From positions 247,547-311,546 of the forward strand of contig JAOAHZ010000001.1 in the NCBI GenBank assembly GCA_026414975.1: a stretch of 64,000 bases of DNA, given 5' to 3'. Both the position numbers and the translations under genes were made by a program. Below, in pieces: positions 46,834-55,615 of this stretch. The DNA is from Bacteroidia bacterium (GTDB lineage: Bacteria; Bacteroidota; Bacteroidia; SpSt-205). Below the pieces are notes generated by a model, which ran no database searches, had not been told where the DNA came from, and saw only the letters and a list, made by a program, of their open reading frames with translations. Numbering within the stretch: position 1 is the stretch's first letter; each line of letters starts with the position of its first letter.

Positions 46834-48645
46834 TTACGCCTCTTTTCTAATGGTGTGATAGGGCAGCAGAAGGCCGCTCTGTTGAGCTAGCTCTACGCGC
46901 TGTTTTAGGAGCACCTGATGAATGACTAAATGTTCATTATAGGTCGGACTTTCAGGCTCTAATGTACGCAGGATGGATAGGTTCTCCTCTAAAAGCTGTT
47001 GTATGTGGTTCAGGTGGAGGAGATTCAAGTTTGTCTCAACGACTCTGAGGACATCCTCTTCTAAGGGACTATCATCCCACGATTGCCAGTGAGGGCTGAG
47101 CGTATACCGCTCCATCAAGACTTCGCTTAGCCAGTCCTGAGCTTCGGGTTCAAGTTGTTCTGCTAAATCGGAAAAAATGGGGGGGTCGTTTTTCACCCAG
47201 TCGCAGAAGACACGACGCACCTTTTCAGCGGTAGAGTCAGCGAAGCTTAGATGGCGAAGCTCTTCTTGAAGGAGCCTCCATACAGGAATACCTCCATACA
47301 TAGCTGTAGGATAGCTCAAAGCCATCCGAAGAAGTTCTCTCTCTGCTGTAATCCGCTGAGGACTGTAAAAATGAGGGGCAAGTGCTACGGGCCTTTCTAC
47401 TCGGGCGTAGCTATCCCAAAAATCCAGAGGAATTTTTAGGGCTCTTTCTATCTCCTCTGCATAAACGCGTCTCAGAACAGGATCGGGGATAGTGTGTAGA
47501 GCTTCACCGAGTTTCTGGATGAGCTGATATCGCTGTTCTGGCGTATCATGGGGGATATGCTGAATGAAGAAGATAGGCCAGGTTTGGGTGTTTTGGAGGA
47601 GTTCTCTTAAGGCGGCTGGACCTTGGGTTTTGATTAGTTCATCGGGGTCCTTGGCTGAGGATAGAGGGGCTACGCTCACAAAAAATCCCGCAGATAAGGC
47701 TGAAAGAGTAGCTCGTTGGGTCGCTGAGTGTCCTGCTTCGTCGTTATCGTATAGGAAAATGAGCCTACGTGTATAGCGCTTTAGTCTGTGGAGATGTTCG
47801 GTGGTGAGAGCCGTACCACAGGTTGCTACGGCTTCTGGGAAGCCGGCTTGATGAAGGCTAATCACATCCATATACCCTTCTACGACTAAGGCGGGTTTGT
47901 CTTTGCGCAGAGCAGAGCGTGCCTGATATAGCCCATAAAGGATGTCGGACTTTTGATAGAATGGTGTATCGGGTGAGTTGAGGTATTTAGGTTCTTCTGT
48001 TCCTAAGCTCCGCCCAGCAAAGGCAATCACAACGCCCTGTTCATCTTGAATGGGAAAGATAACACGACCTCGGAAGCGGTCATAAAGTCGCCCTGTGTTT
48101 TCACTGCGGGCAACTAGGCCGGCTTGTATCAGTAGCTCCTCCGCATAACCTAATCGCAGGAGATAATCAGCGAGAGCTTGTCCATCGGGAGGCGCATACC
48201 CTAACTGAAACACCTCTATTGTTTCTGGGAGTAAGCCGCGCTGGCGGATGTAGGCTTCAGCTGGAGAGCCAGCAAAGTGAGCCCTGTAGAATCTAAGCGT
48301 CTCCTGATAGAGATGTATGTAGCGTTGGCGCTCTTTTGTCTGAGAAAGGGCTTTGTCTGGGGCTTGGGGAAGGGGTATGTTGTATCGCTGGGCGAGCTTG
48401 TGGAGAGCTTCTCTATAAGATAGACCTTCCATCTCCATCACGAAGCGAATAACATCCCCACCCTTGCCCGTAGAAAAGCACTTGAAGATTTGTTTAGTGG
48501 GGCTTACAGCAAAGGAGGGCGTTTTTTCTGGTTTGAAGGGGGATAAACTCCAATAGTTTGCCCCTTTCTTCTTGAGAGGCAGGTACTCGCTGACGACCTC
48601 TACAATATCAGCGTGTCTCAGTACAGCCTCTCGGAGCCAACTCAT
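46834..48645 (-). CDS. dnaG: DNA primase.
   Basis: Zn-ribbon and TOPRIM-domain motifs: SFAVSPTKQIFKCFSTGKGGDVIRFVME, EGYMDVISLHQAGF and LYDNDEAG. Confidence 0.9.
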   Translation of the reverse strand: MSWLREAVLRHADIVEVVSEYLPLKKKGANYWSLSPFKPEKTPSFAVSPTKQIFKCFSTGKGGDVIRFVMEMEGLSYREALHKLAQRYNIPLPQAPDKALSQTKERQRYIHLYQETLRFYRAHFAGSPAEAYIRQRGLLPETIEVFQLGYAPPDGQALADYLLRLGYAEELLIQAGLVARSENTGRLYDRFRGRVIFPIQDEQGVVIAFAGRSLGTEEPKYLNSPDTPFYQKSDILYGLYQARSALRKDKPALVVEGYMDVISLHQAGFPEAVATCGTALTTEHLHRLKRYTRRLIFLYDNDEAGHSATQRATLSALSAGFFVSVAPLSSAKDPDELIKTQGPAALRELLQNTQTWPIFFIQHIPHDTPEQRYQLIQKLGEALHTIPDPVLRRVYAEEIERALKIPLDFWDSYARVERPVALAPHFYSPQRITAERELLRMALSYPTAMYGGIPVWRLLQEELRHLSFADSTAEKVRRVFCDWVKNDPPIFSDLAEQLEPEAQDWLSEVLMERYTLSPHWQSWDDSPLEEDVLRVVETNLNLLHLNHIQQLLEENLSILRTLEPESPTYNEHLVIHQVLLKQRVELAQQSGLLLPYHTIRKEA

Positions 48646-48701
48646 GCCTCTAAGATAGGGGTTTGCAGGAAATATCCGTGGCTCTTTACCTTTGTGTAAC
48701 T

Positions 48702-48995
48702 ATGCGATACGAGATTCACCCTGGTAGCGCTAAAGTCAGCCCAGCTCTCACCGAATATGTGGAAGCCCGCATGAATAGGCTTTTTCAGGATTTTGCGTTT
48801 ATCCTGCACGGAGATATTTACCTCCATGAGGCCGGTGTGAAAAGCCCCTCGCATGAAGTTCGTTTGCGCGTACAGGTGCCAGGTGAGACCCTTATCGCTG
48901 AGGAAAAAGCGAATAACTTTCAGGAGGCTTTTGATGCTACGCTGGCAGCGGTACGCCGCCAGCTCACGCGGTACAAAGAGACGATCCGTTCGTGA
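48702..48995 (+). CDS. hpf: Ribosome hibernation-promoting factor / RaiA (short form).
   Basis: MRYEIHPGSAKVSPALTEYVEARMNRLFQDF ... LRVQVPGETLIAEEKANNFQEAFDATLAAVRRQL. The start is the internal ATG. A TACCTTTG box lies 7 nt upstream. Confidence 0.8.
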   Translation: MRYEIHPGSAKVSPALTEYVEARMNRLFQDFAFILHGDIYLHEAGVKSPSHEVRLRVQVPGETLIAEEKANNFQEAFDATLAAVRRQLTRYKETIRS

Positions 48996-49087
48996 AGTGA
49001 AACCGTTTCTTGCACCTTGGATAGCTAACCTTACGACCTGCCTAACTGCTAAAAGCCTTAGTTCGGGCCTGTTTCCAAAGTGCCAGG

Positions 49088-49099
49088 TCCCCCGCGGGG
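49088..49099. terminator. GC-rich perfect palindrome cccccgcggggg followed by ttt, a candidate bidirectional terminator between convergent genes.
   Basis: It lies about 90 nt after the hpf stop and about 70 nt after the stop of the minus-strand lipoprotein gene. The stem is short, so confidence is low. Confidence 0.3.
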
Positions 49100-49170
49100 G
49101 TTTGACAGGTATTGAAGAGGCGTGTTCTTCCAGCTTTGGGCGATTTTACCTCAATCTTAGCTGTGCTGAA

Positions 49171-50148
49171 TCACGGACGGTAGCCGGCTGATTCATAGAG
49201 CTGTCGGTATCGTTCTATGGGCATTTCCAAGAGTTCGCGTAGCGACACTCCCTTTTTGTCGGCATACCGCCGAACGGCTTGCCATCCGAAATACCAGCCT
49301 AACCGAGGGGGGGAGTCTCGTCCAAAGTCTTTGGTAAAGGGTTCTTCGCCGATGTACGGCTGGATAGTAAAGTAGCGACTTTCTTGCAGGTAGGGTAGGA
49401 GTTCCTTGTATGCAAAGCGGGCATTTTCCTTTAGCCAGTCTAAATGGGCTTGGGTATAAAATAGCCGAAGTGTATCGGGCAGCTCGGGGAGGAGCTTTTC
49501 TAAGGCATATAGCTGAATGCCATGCCACACCATGTAGTCTACCATCTTAGGTAGATGATGAGGAGCCAGCTTAGGCATCTTATGACGGATGAGGCGTAAG
49601 GCTACAAAGACAGGGAAATGAGCCTCTGTGAGACGCCTCCGAATAAAGTAGGGTAAGTCAGGCGGGTAAAATCCAAAAGTATCTGAGATGAAGTAATGAA
49701 GGCCTATCATGAGATGCTTTTCGCAGAGCTGGCACATGTCCTGCTCCATCGTCAGAGCCCCTACAGGCGCATAGCCTGTTACGAAGGTTACGACTTGGGG
49801 CAAAGAGTCATGCGGATAAAGGAGCTTCCAACGCTGGAAAAGCGGCTTGAGTTTGCTCACAAAATCATAGTTGGGAGGATAGCGTTGCAGAACCGTGTCT
49901 ATAAGCCATTTGAATAAGCTATCGCTGCGAAGTCGGTTTATGTCTTCTTGGTAGATGCTATCGGGTACACTTTCTCCCTCATACACACAGTCATAGAAAA
50001 ATGTTCGCAAGCGAATGGAATCAAGAGGGGCAGGGGAGAGTTGGCGGAGGGCTATTTCGCCTCGCCATACCTGAAAAGGTATGTCAGGCAGGCGCTCTTC
50101 TCTTTGGCAGGCGTTCAGTATAAGCCCACATAGCGACGCAAGAGCCAT
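49171..50148 (-). CDS. Lipoprotein of unknown function (possibly GldB-like / DUF2268-like).
   Basis: Lipobox MALASLCGLILNACQ (the start is set at ATG M16 of the track ORF; alternatives are 50184 and 50193). About 325 aa, all-alpha by sequence. The gliding-lipoprotein assignment is only a resemblance. Confidence 0.35.
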   Translation of the reverse strand: MALASLCGLILNACQREERLPDIPFQVWRGEIALRQLSPAPLDSIRLRTFFYDCVYEGESVPDSIYQEDINRLRSDSLFKWLIDTVLQRYPPNYDFVSKLKPLFQRWKLLYPHDSLPQVVTFVTGYAPVGALTMEQDMCQLCEKHLMIGLHYFISDTFGFYPPDLPYFIRRRLTEAHFPVFVALRLIRHKMPKLAPHHLPKMVDYMVWHGIQLYALEKLLPELPDTLRLFYTQAHLDWLKENARFAYKELLPYLQESRYFTIQPYIGEEPFTKDFGRDSPPRLGWYFGWQAVRRYADKKGVSLRELLEMPIERYRQLYESAGYRP

Positions 50149-51992
50149 TCGGCGGAAAGGAGAGTAAGGATAAGGGCGAGCCATAGGCTCCACTCATGGA
50201 AAGGTATAGTAAGTCGCTGCGAAGTTATGAAAGCGGATGCAGGTAGAGCAGCCTTTAGGCTCTCTGGAATAGCCGCTCTATTTTCCCAAGGTATGTATCG
50301 CCCCCCCGTAGAACGAGCAATGTAAGCTAAGTAAGTCGTATCGCGTCCAAGATTCTGGAGCTCGGCCGACCCGCTTTCCACTAGCAGGGCGCCAGAGAAG
50401 AGGGTGGTTTGTCCGTCGCTTACCTTATAGGCGTAGACCCCTGGTGTGTCGGGCATCCAGAAAGCTTCTTGTATGCCTTCGGGACGGGATTGGAGAGGCA
50501 GCGAGCGGCCTGCAACAGTAAGACTTGCTCCAGCAGGCAAGAACCCAGACCAAACGACTGCTTCACCTAAGGGCACGGGATTGCGCTTTGGCGCAAACAC
50601 CCATCGGCTTCGCTGTAATCGCAGCCCCTCCTGGAGCTCAGCAAAAAATACTGAATCCCACTGCTGCTCCAAAACTGGAGAACCCCGAAGTCGCCACCAT
50701 CCTTCCCCAGCTAACACAACCCGCAGCTGATTGCCTCGATAGAGCTTATAGCCGATGGGCCGCCCCCACCCTAAGTCTATAGGTTGAGCTCCTAAGGGAG
50801 GTCCTACGGTGCGAAGGTAGAGCGTTACATCCCCTTGTAAAGAATGACTAACCAGACTGCCCCATTGTCTTAGGCCTACCTTTTGGAGAAAGATTTCGGA
50901 GGGCTCTATGGCTCCCCAGCTTAGCCAGAGGTAAGCGCTTGTTGAGAAGAGCCTCTCTGCCCACGGTTCATCCTCCGAACGAGCGGGAAAATTGTAGAGT
51001 AAATGCAGGTCTTGCGGCTGCCACTGTAGCGTTTCGGGATTGACCGTGTAGCCTGCAGGTTTGCGAGCTGCTATGAGATAAACAGAACCCAATCGCTCCA
51101 AACGGCTCCGTAAAAAGGCAATATCGGGTGTGATTTCCCCAGCCCAGAGAAAAATGCGGACTTTTTCGGGGTGAATCTCTACGAGGACCGTACGCTGATT
51201 GTTAGTTGGATTGGGGTCGGCGGGGTCTTGTACCTCAAAGGAGAGGGTATGAAAGCCTGCTGGAAGGGGGGGGAGCCGCAGGCTATAGCGCTGGCTACCA
51301 GCTGGTATAGAGAGGAGCACCTGTCCCTTGGGATGCTTAGCGATAAGGCGACTCGGGCGGTCTGCATGGCGTAGCCGCAGCTCTACGGCTATCTCCTCCT
51401 TTTCGGTAATCCAAGGCGGCAGGTCTACACTTTCTAATCGTAGGTCTTGAATAGGCGCAGCTGGTCCGACCCCTATCGTCCAAATAGGGGCCTCAGAGGG
51501 GAGGGCCGCAGACTCCCCATTTTCTTGACCGTCCGACAGGACAACGAGGGCGGCGGCTTGGGGGTGGCTTCCCAGGGCTTGTCGTATAGCTAAGGTTAGT
51601 TGACTTATTTGCCCGCGTCCCGTCAGACTATCCAAAGGCTGTAACCCTCTGTCAAATGCATATGAAACGGTGCGCAGCCCTTTTTCTTCTAACTCTCTCG
51701 TTAGGCTCTTTATACCCTCTGAGTAGGTTTGAAGGAACTGGGCGTCTCTCCAAAACACACTTTCGCTGTTATCAGCCAAAAGGACAACTAGGGGTTTCTC
51801 TTCTGATGAGATGTGCCGAATCAAAAGCGGCTCACTCAAGAGAAAAAGTAGGGCCCACACGGCCGCAGCCCGCAGGGTCGCCAAAGCTAATAGCCATCCT
51901 TTCGGGACTCGTACAGGTAGCCGATAATAGCTCCATAGGGCAAACCCTATCGCTATTAGGGCTGCGGCGGCTCCTCCTACAGCAACGCTCAT
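50115..51992 (-). CDS. Membrane protein with an N-terminal double-TM anchor and a vWA-like domain (BatA-like, long form).
   Basis: Two N-terminal TM helices, AAAALIAIGFALWSYY and LLALATLRAAAVWALLFLLSEPLL, followed by VVLLADNSESV (a DxSxS MIDAS-like motif) and LVVLSDGQENG. Confidence 0.5.
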   Translation of the reverse strand: MSVAVGGAAAALIAIGFALWSYYRLPVRVPKGWLLALATLRAAAVWALLFLLSEPLLIRHISSEEKPLVVLLADNSESVFWRDAQFLQTYSEGIKSLTRELEEKGLRTVSYAFDRGLQPLDSLTGRGQISQLTLAIRQALGSHPQAAALVVLSDGQENGESAALPSEAPIWTIGVGPAAPIQDLRLESVDLPPWITEKEEIAVELRLRHADRPSRLIAKHPKGQVLLSIPAGSQRYSLRLPPLPAGFHTLSFEVQDPADPNPTNNQRTVLVEIHPEKVRIFLWAGEITPDIAFLRSRLERLGSVYLIAARKPAGYTVNPETLQWQPQDLHLLYNFPARSEDEPWAERLFSTSAYLWLSWGAIEPSEIFLQKVGLRQWGSLVSHSLQGDVTLYLRTVGPPLGAQPIDLGWGRPIGYKLYRGNQLRVVLAGEGWWRLRGSPVLEQQWDSVFFAELQEGLRLQRSRWVFAPKRNPVPLGEAVVWSGFLPAGASLTVAGRSLPLQSRPEGIQEAFWMPDTPGVYAYKVSDGQTTLFSGALLVESGSAELQNLGRDTTYLAYIARSTGGRYIPWENRAAIPESLKAALPASAFITSQRLTIPFHEWSLWLALILTLLSAEWLLRRYVGLY

Positions 51993-52939
51993 AGCTCCCC
52001 TGCAATGATATACTGGTCCCGAGTCGGCGACTGCCGCAGTATAAGTTCGCCTAAAAAGCCCGTCAGAAATAGCTGCACGCCCATCAATAGAATCGTAGTA
52101 CCCAAATAGAAAAGAGGCTGCTGGACGACCTCACGCCGCACTGTGCCATATGCTCGGAGTTGGAAGAGCTTATCGGCTATGAGCCACCCAACAATCCCTA
52201 ACCCAACCATGAACGATAGGATTCCCAAGCTACCGAAAAAGTGCATGGGGCGCCGTCCAAATCGGCTCAAAAAGCTAACGGTCAGCAAATCCAGAAAACC
52301 GTACAAGAACCGCTCCCATCCAAACTTGGTGTAGCCATACTTACGGGGATAGTGCGTAACCACCTTCTCGCCTATCTTCTTGAATCCGGCGGCTTTCGCT
52401 AAGTAGGGGATGTAGCGGTGCATTTCGCCGTACAGGTCTATGGATTGGGCAACGCGAGCCCGATAAGCCTTGATACCGCTATTGAAGTCATGGAGGGGTA
52501 TGCCTGAGACAAGTCGTACTACGGCGTTGAAGAGGCGGCTGGGGAGGCGCTTGGAAAGGGGGTCTTGGCGCTTTTTTTTCCATCCGCTCACGAGGTCGTA
52601 TCCCTGTCGGGTAATCATGTCGTACAGGGCAGGGATCTCATCGGGTGAATCTTGGAGGTCAGCATCTAAGGTAATGATTACCTCGCCTCGAGCTTTGCGA
52701 AAGCCGACATGAAGAGCAGCCGATTTACCATAGTTGCTCAAGAATCGCACTACCCGGAGGAAGGGGTACCGCTGCTTTAGCGATTCTAAGACGCTCCAGG
52801 TATCATCGGTGCTGCCATCATCTACAACGATAACTTCGTACGCTGCATAGCGTCCATCACACACGCGGTGAATCCACTCTATGAGTTCGGGCAAAGACTC
52901 GGCTTCATTGTAGGCAGGGATGACAATGGAAAGCTCCAC
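51989..52939 (-). CDS. Family 2 glycosyltransferase (polyprenyl-phosphate sugar transferase-like, GtrB/ArnC-type) with a C-terminal TM pair.
   Basis: SIVIPAYNEAESLPEL ... VIVVDDGSTDDT ... LDADLQD. The C-terminal hydrophobic helices are MHFFGSLGILSFMVGLGIVGWLI and LFYLGTTILLMGVQLFLTGFLGE. Confidence 0.8.
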   Translation of the reverse strand: MELSIVIPAYNEAESLPELIEWIHRVCDGRYAAYEVIVVDDGSTDDTWSVLESLKQRYPFLRVVRFLSNYGKSAALHVGFRKARGEVIITLDADLQDSPDEIPALYDMITRQGYDLVSGWKKKRQDPLSKRLPSRLFNAVVRLVSGIPLHDFNSGIKAYRARVAQSIDLYGEMHRYIPYLAKAAGFKKIGEKVVTHYPRKYGYTKFGWERFLYGFLDLLTVSFLSRFGRRPMHFFGSLGILSFMVGLGIVGWLIADKLFQLRAYGTVRREVVQQPLFYLGTTILLMGVQLFLTGFLGELILRQSPTRDQYIIAGEL

Positions 52940-55258
52940 TTAGAGACCTAGAATTTTGAGTTCGGTGCGCCGATTTTTTTGCTTGTTCTCTGGCGTGTCG
53001 TTAGGGGCTACGGGACGCGATTCGCCGTACCCCCGAGCTATGAGTCGTCCAGACTCAATCCCTCTGGAGATGAGATAGTCCACCACCGCTTGAGCCCGAG
53101 CTTGGGAGAGTCGTAGGTTGTACGCCTCCGAGCCATCGCTATCGGTATGACCTGCGATTTCTACCCGAACCGATGGGTTCTCTCGGAGAAACTTTGTCAC
53201 GCGCTCTAACTCCTCTATGGACTCTGGGCGCAGCGTAGCTTTATCGTAGTCAAAGTAGATATTTCGCAAGACAATCGCTTTCTCCGCCTCTACGGGAGCC
53301 AGAAGAAAGTCTCGCTTGGTCCCGCCCTCTGGTATCTCTATAGAGTCTCGGTAGGGGAAATAGCCTTTATGAATAATCTCTACATAGTAAAATCCAGCCG
53401 GCAGACAGCCTTTGAAGCTGCCGCTGGCTTGAGAGGTTATACGACGGCGAGTCCCGCTGCGGTCTACGAGGAAAATAGCTACATCTCGGAGGGGTGTGCG
53501 TTGGGTCTGGCTGAGTACGAAGCCCTCTATACAGGTCTTTGTAGCGGCGGCTGGGGAAAGGGTCAAGTCCACACGCAAACCTTGCGGATAATGCTCCCGA
53601 CCGAGCGAAAAGATCTGCATAGCCGGCTCATACCCTTGAGCTTCTCCTTGAAGGCGATGGTTGATTCCCAAGGGGGCTTGCGTTTCGTAATAGCCCTTGG
53701 CATTTGTTACGAGCTCCCCGATAACTTCGCCGGCTTGGGTGGTGAGACGAACCGTGGCGTTAGAAATAGGTGTATTTTTCCCCGCCTCGGTTACGTAGCC
53801 AAAGACCCGCAGCCGCTGAACCCGACGTAGCACTAAATCCCGATTGACACCGTTTCGGCGGATGGAGTCGGGAATGTCTTGAAGTTTAGGCAAAACAATA
53901 CGCTCTTCCACTGAGGGATACCCAGGCGCCGTACCTTTCAGCAGTAGGATATGGCGCCCTCCTGTTACTTCAAACTGAAAGGGCTTGCCTGGGGTATAAC
54001 GCTGTACCTGAAAGGCTTCTTCTCTGCCACCCACTCGTTCTAAAGCGGTAGTATCTATGAGGGAAACATTGCCTGCAATCTCCTCTCCTGTGTCTCCATC
54101 TATGAGCCGTCCCCGAATAGCTATCATGACAGGCTTCGGAGGATTGACGGGGATGTTGCGATGCACATTGATAGCATGATCATGGACGGAGGTGGTGATG
54201 AAGTCCACGTTGTCATCTCCATTGACGTCGCCGAGGCTAAGCGAAATAGGCCACTGGCCTGTGCCGATACGATGGCGGTCAGATAGACGACCTTTACCAT
54301 CGTTGAGGTGGACATTAATAACATTGTCTCGGGCCGAAACCGTAACCACATCTAAATCGCCATCCTTGTCAAAATCCCCCAAGTAAAGAGCAAAGTTGTA
54401 GTTTCCAGAAGGTTGGATTTGCGGCTCTTCCCAGCGACCGTAGCCCGCGTTGAAGAATGTGGCAATGGAAGTACCGATGTAAGTGCCGATGACGATATCT
54501 GGTCGATTGTCTTTATTTAGGTCTCCTATATCCAAGGCCCAAATGGAAGCTGGGGAACTAAGACGCTGTCCCTCTCCAGCATAACCGTTTTTCCCATAGA
54601 ATATCAGGAGAAAAGGTTCTTCCCCGCCTACGACGATATCTACTTTGCCATCTCGGTCTAAATCCCCAGCGGCAGCAGCTCGGGGACGATTAGGGGCGCG
54701 GAGAACTTTATACCCTTGTAGGCTTCCTCTGACATTACGAAGCAAATATAGGCTGCCCTCATCATGACATACAACCCCTACATCTAACTGTCCATCCCCA
54801 TCCCAATCACCGCTGATGAGATGGTGGGGACCCTTGCCCACCGAAAGAGAACCAGAAAGCGGAAGGCTGCCCCGTTTGTCGTTAATGTGCCAGCCTACTC
54901 TGCCTTCGCTGTACGAGATGACTACAATGTCCATGGCTCGGTCTTGATTGAGGTCTATAGCAAGGGGCTTCCACACATCCTTAAGCGAAGCGAAGACAAA
55001 GTTGCGAGGGAACTCAGCTTGGCGGTTATTTACATATAATGCTATCTTTCCCTCTGAGCGGCAGGCTGTTACGATATCCTCCCACTCATCGCCTGTGAAG
55101 TCAAAAACCGCCGTGCCCCATGGATTGCGGCAGCTGGCTATAGGGTAGTTGGGTAAAAAGACTTGACCCGAAATAAAAATGGTGCTGTCCTTTCCAGAAC
55201 GATTGAGCAGCTGTGCCCAAAGGACCCCTTCTATCAGCAGCCCGAGCAAGAGCCACAT
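52940..55258 (-). CDS. Secreted FG-GAP/VCBS-repeat protein with CarbopepD_reg-like domains and a C-terminal OmpA peptidoglycan-binding domain.
   Basis: Signal peptide MWLLLGLLIEGVLWAQ (ATG at M7 of the track ORF). FG-GAP-like Ca motifs DFDKDGDLDVV, DLDRDGKVDIVV and DVNGDDNVDFI. OmpA_C motifs IAGHTDSDGSEAYNLRLSQARAQAVVDYL ... NRRTEL. Confidence 0.75.
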   Translation of the reverse strand: MWLLLGLLIEGVLWAQLLNRSGKDSTIFISGQVFLPNYPIASCRNPWGTAVFDFTGDEWEDIVTACRSEGKIALYVNNRQAEFPRNFVFASLKDVWKPLAIDLNQDRAMDIVVISYSEGRVGWHINDKRGSLPLSGSLSVGKGPHHLISGDWDGDGQLDVGVVCHDEGSLYLLRNVRGSLQGYKVLRAPNRPRAAAAGDLDRDGKVDIVVGGEEPFLLIFYGKNGYAGEGQRLSSPASIWALDIGDLNKDNRPDIVIGTYIGTSIATFFNAGYGRWEEPQIQPSGNYNFALYLGDFDKDGDLDVVTVSARDNVINVHLNDGKGRLSDRHRIGTGQWPISLSLGDVNGDDNVDFITTSVHDHAINVHRNIPVNPPKPVMIAIRGRLIDGDTGEEIAGNVSLIDTTALERVGGREEAFQVQRYTPGKPFQFEVTGGRHILLLKGTAPGYPSVEERIVLPKLQDIPDSIRRNGVNRDLVLRRVQRLRVFGYVTEAGKNTPISNATVRLTTQAGEVIGELVTNAKGYYETQAPLGINHRLQGEAQGYEPAMQIFSLGREHYPQGLRVDLTLSPAAATKTCIEGFVLSQTQRTPLRDVAIFLVDRSGTRRRITSQASGSFKGCLPAGFYYVEIIHKGYFPYRDSIEIPEGGTKRDFLLAPVEAEKAIVLRNIYFDYDKATLRPESIEELERVTKFLRENPSVRVEIAGHTDSDGSEAYNLRLSQARAQAVVDYLISRGIESGRLIARGYGESRPVAPNDTPENKQKNRRTELKILGL

Positions 55259-55327
55259 GCCCCAAAAATACGACAACCCCCTTGCGATGTACAGAAGTTT
55301 GTACCTTTGAGGGACACAGAGAGTTTT

Positions 55328-55615
55328 ATGGAAGGGCGAGAGGTGTATTCAGTCAAAGTACGCGCGGGGAAGCGAACTTATATTTTTGACGTGCGGGCCA
55401 CGCGCAATCGGGACTATTACATCACTATCACAGAGACTCGTCGCGATTTCTCAGGCGAAGTGAGTCAGAAGCAGAAAATCTTCCTGTACAAAGAGGATTT
55501 TGTCAAGTTTCAGCGGGCTCTGGATCAGGTTATCTCTCATGTGCGGACAGACCTTCTGCCAGATTATGAGTACGAGCGTCCCGCTCCGGATAGCGACGAG
55601 AGAGGATCATACTGA
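55328..55615 (+). CDS. DUF3276 (PUR-alpha-like) small nucleic-acid-binding protein.
   Basis: MEGREVYSVKVRAGKRTYIFDVRATRNRDYYITITE ... KIFLYKEDFVKFQRALDQV. A TACCTTTG box lies 18 nt upstream. The C-terminal tail overlaps the convergent histidine kinase gene. Confidence 0.65.
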   Translation: MEGREVYSVKVRAGKRTYIFDVRATRNRDYYITITETRRDFSGEVSQKQKIFLYKEDFVKFQRALDQVISHVRTDLLPDYEYERPAPDSDERGSY

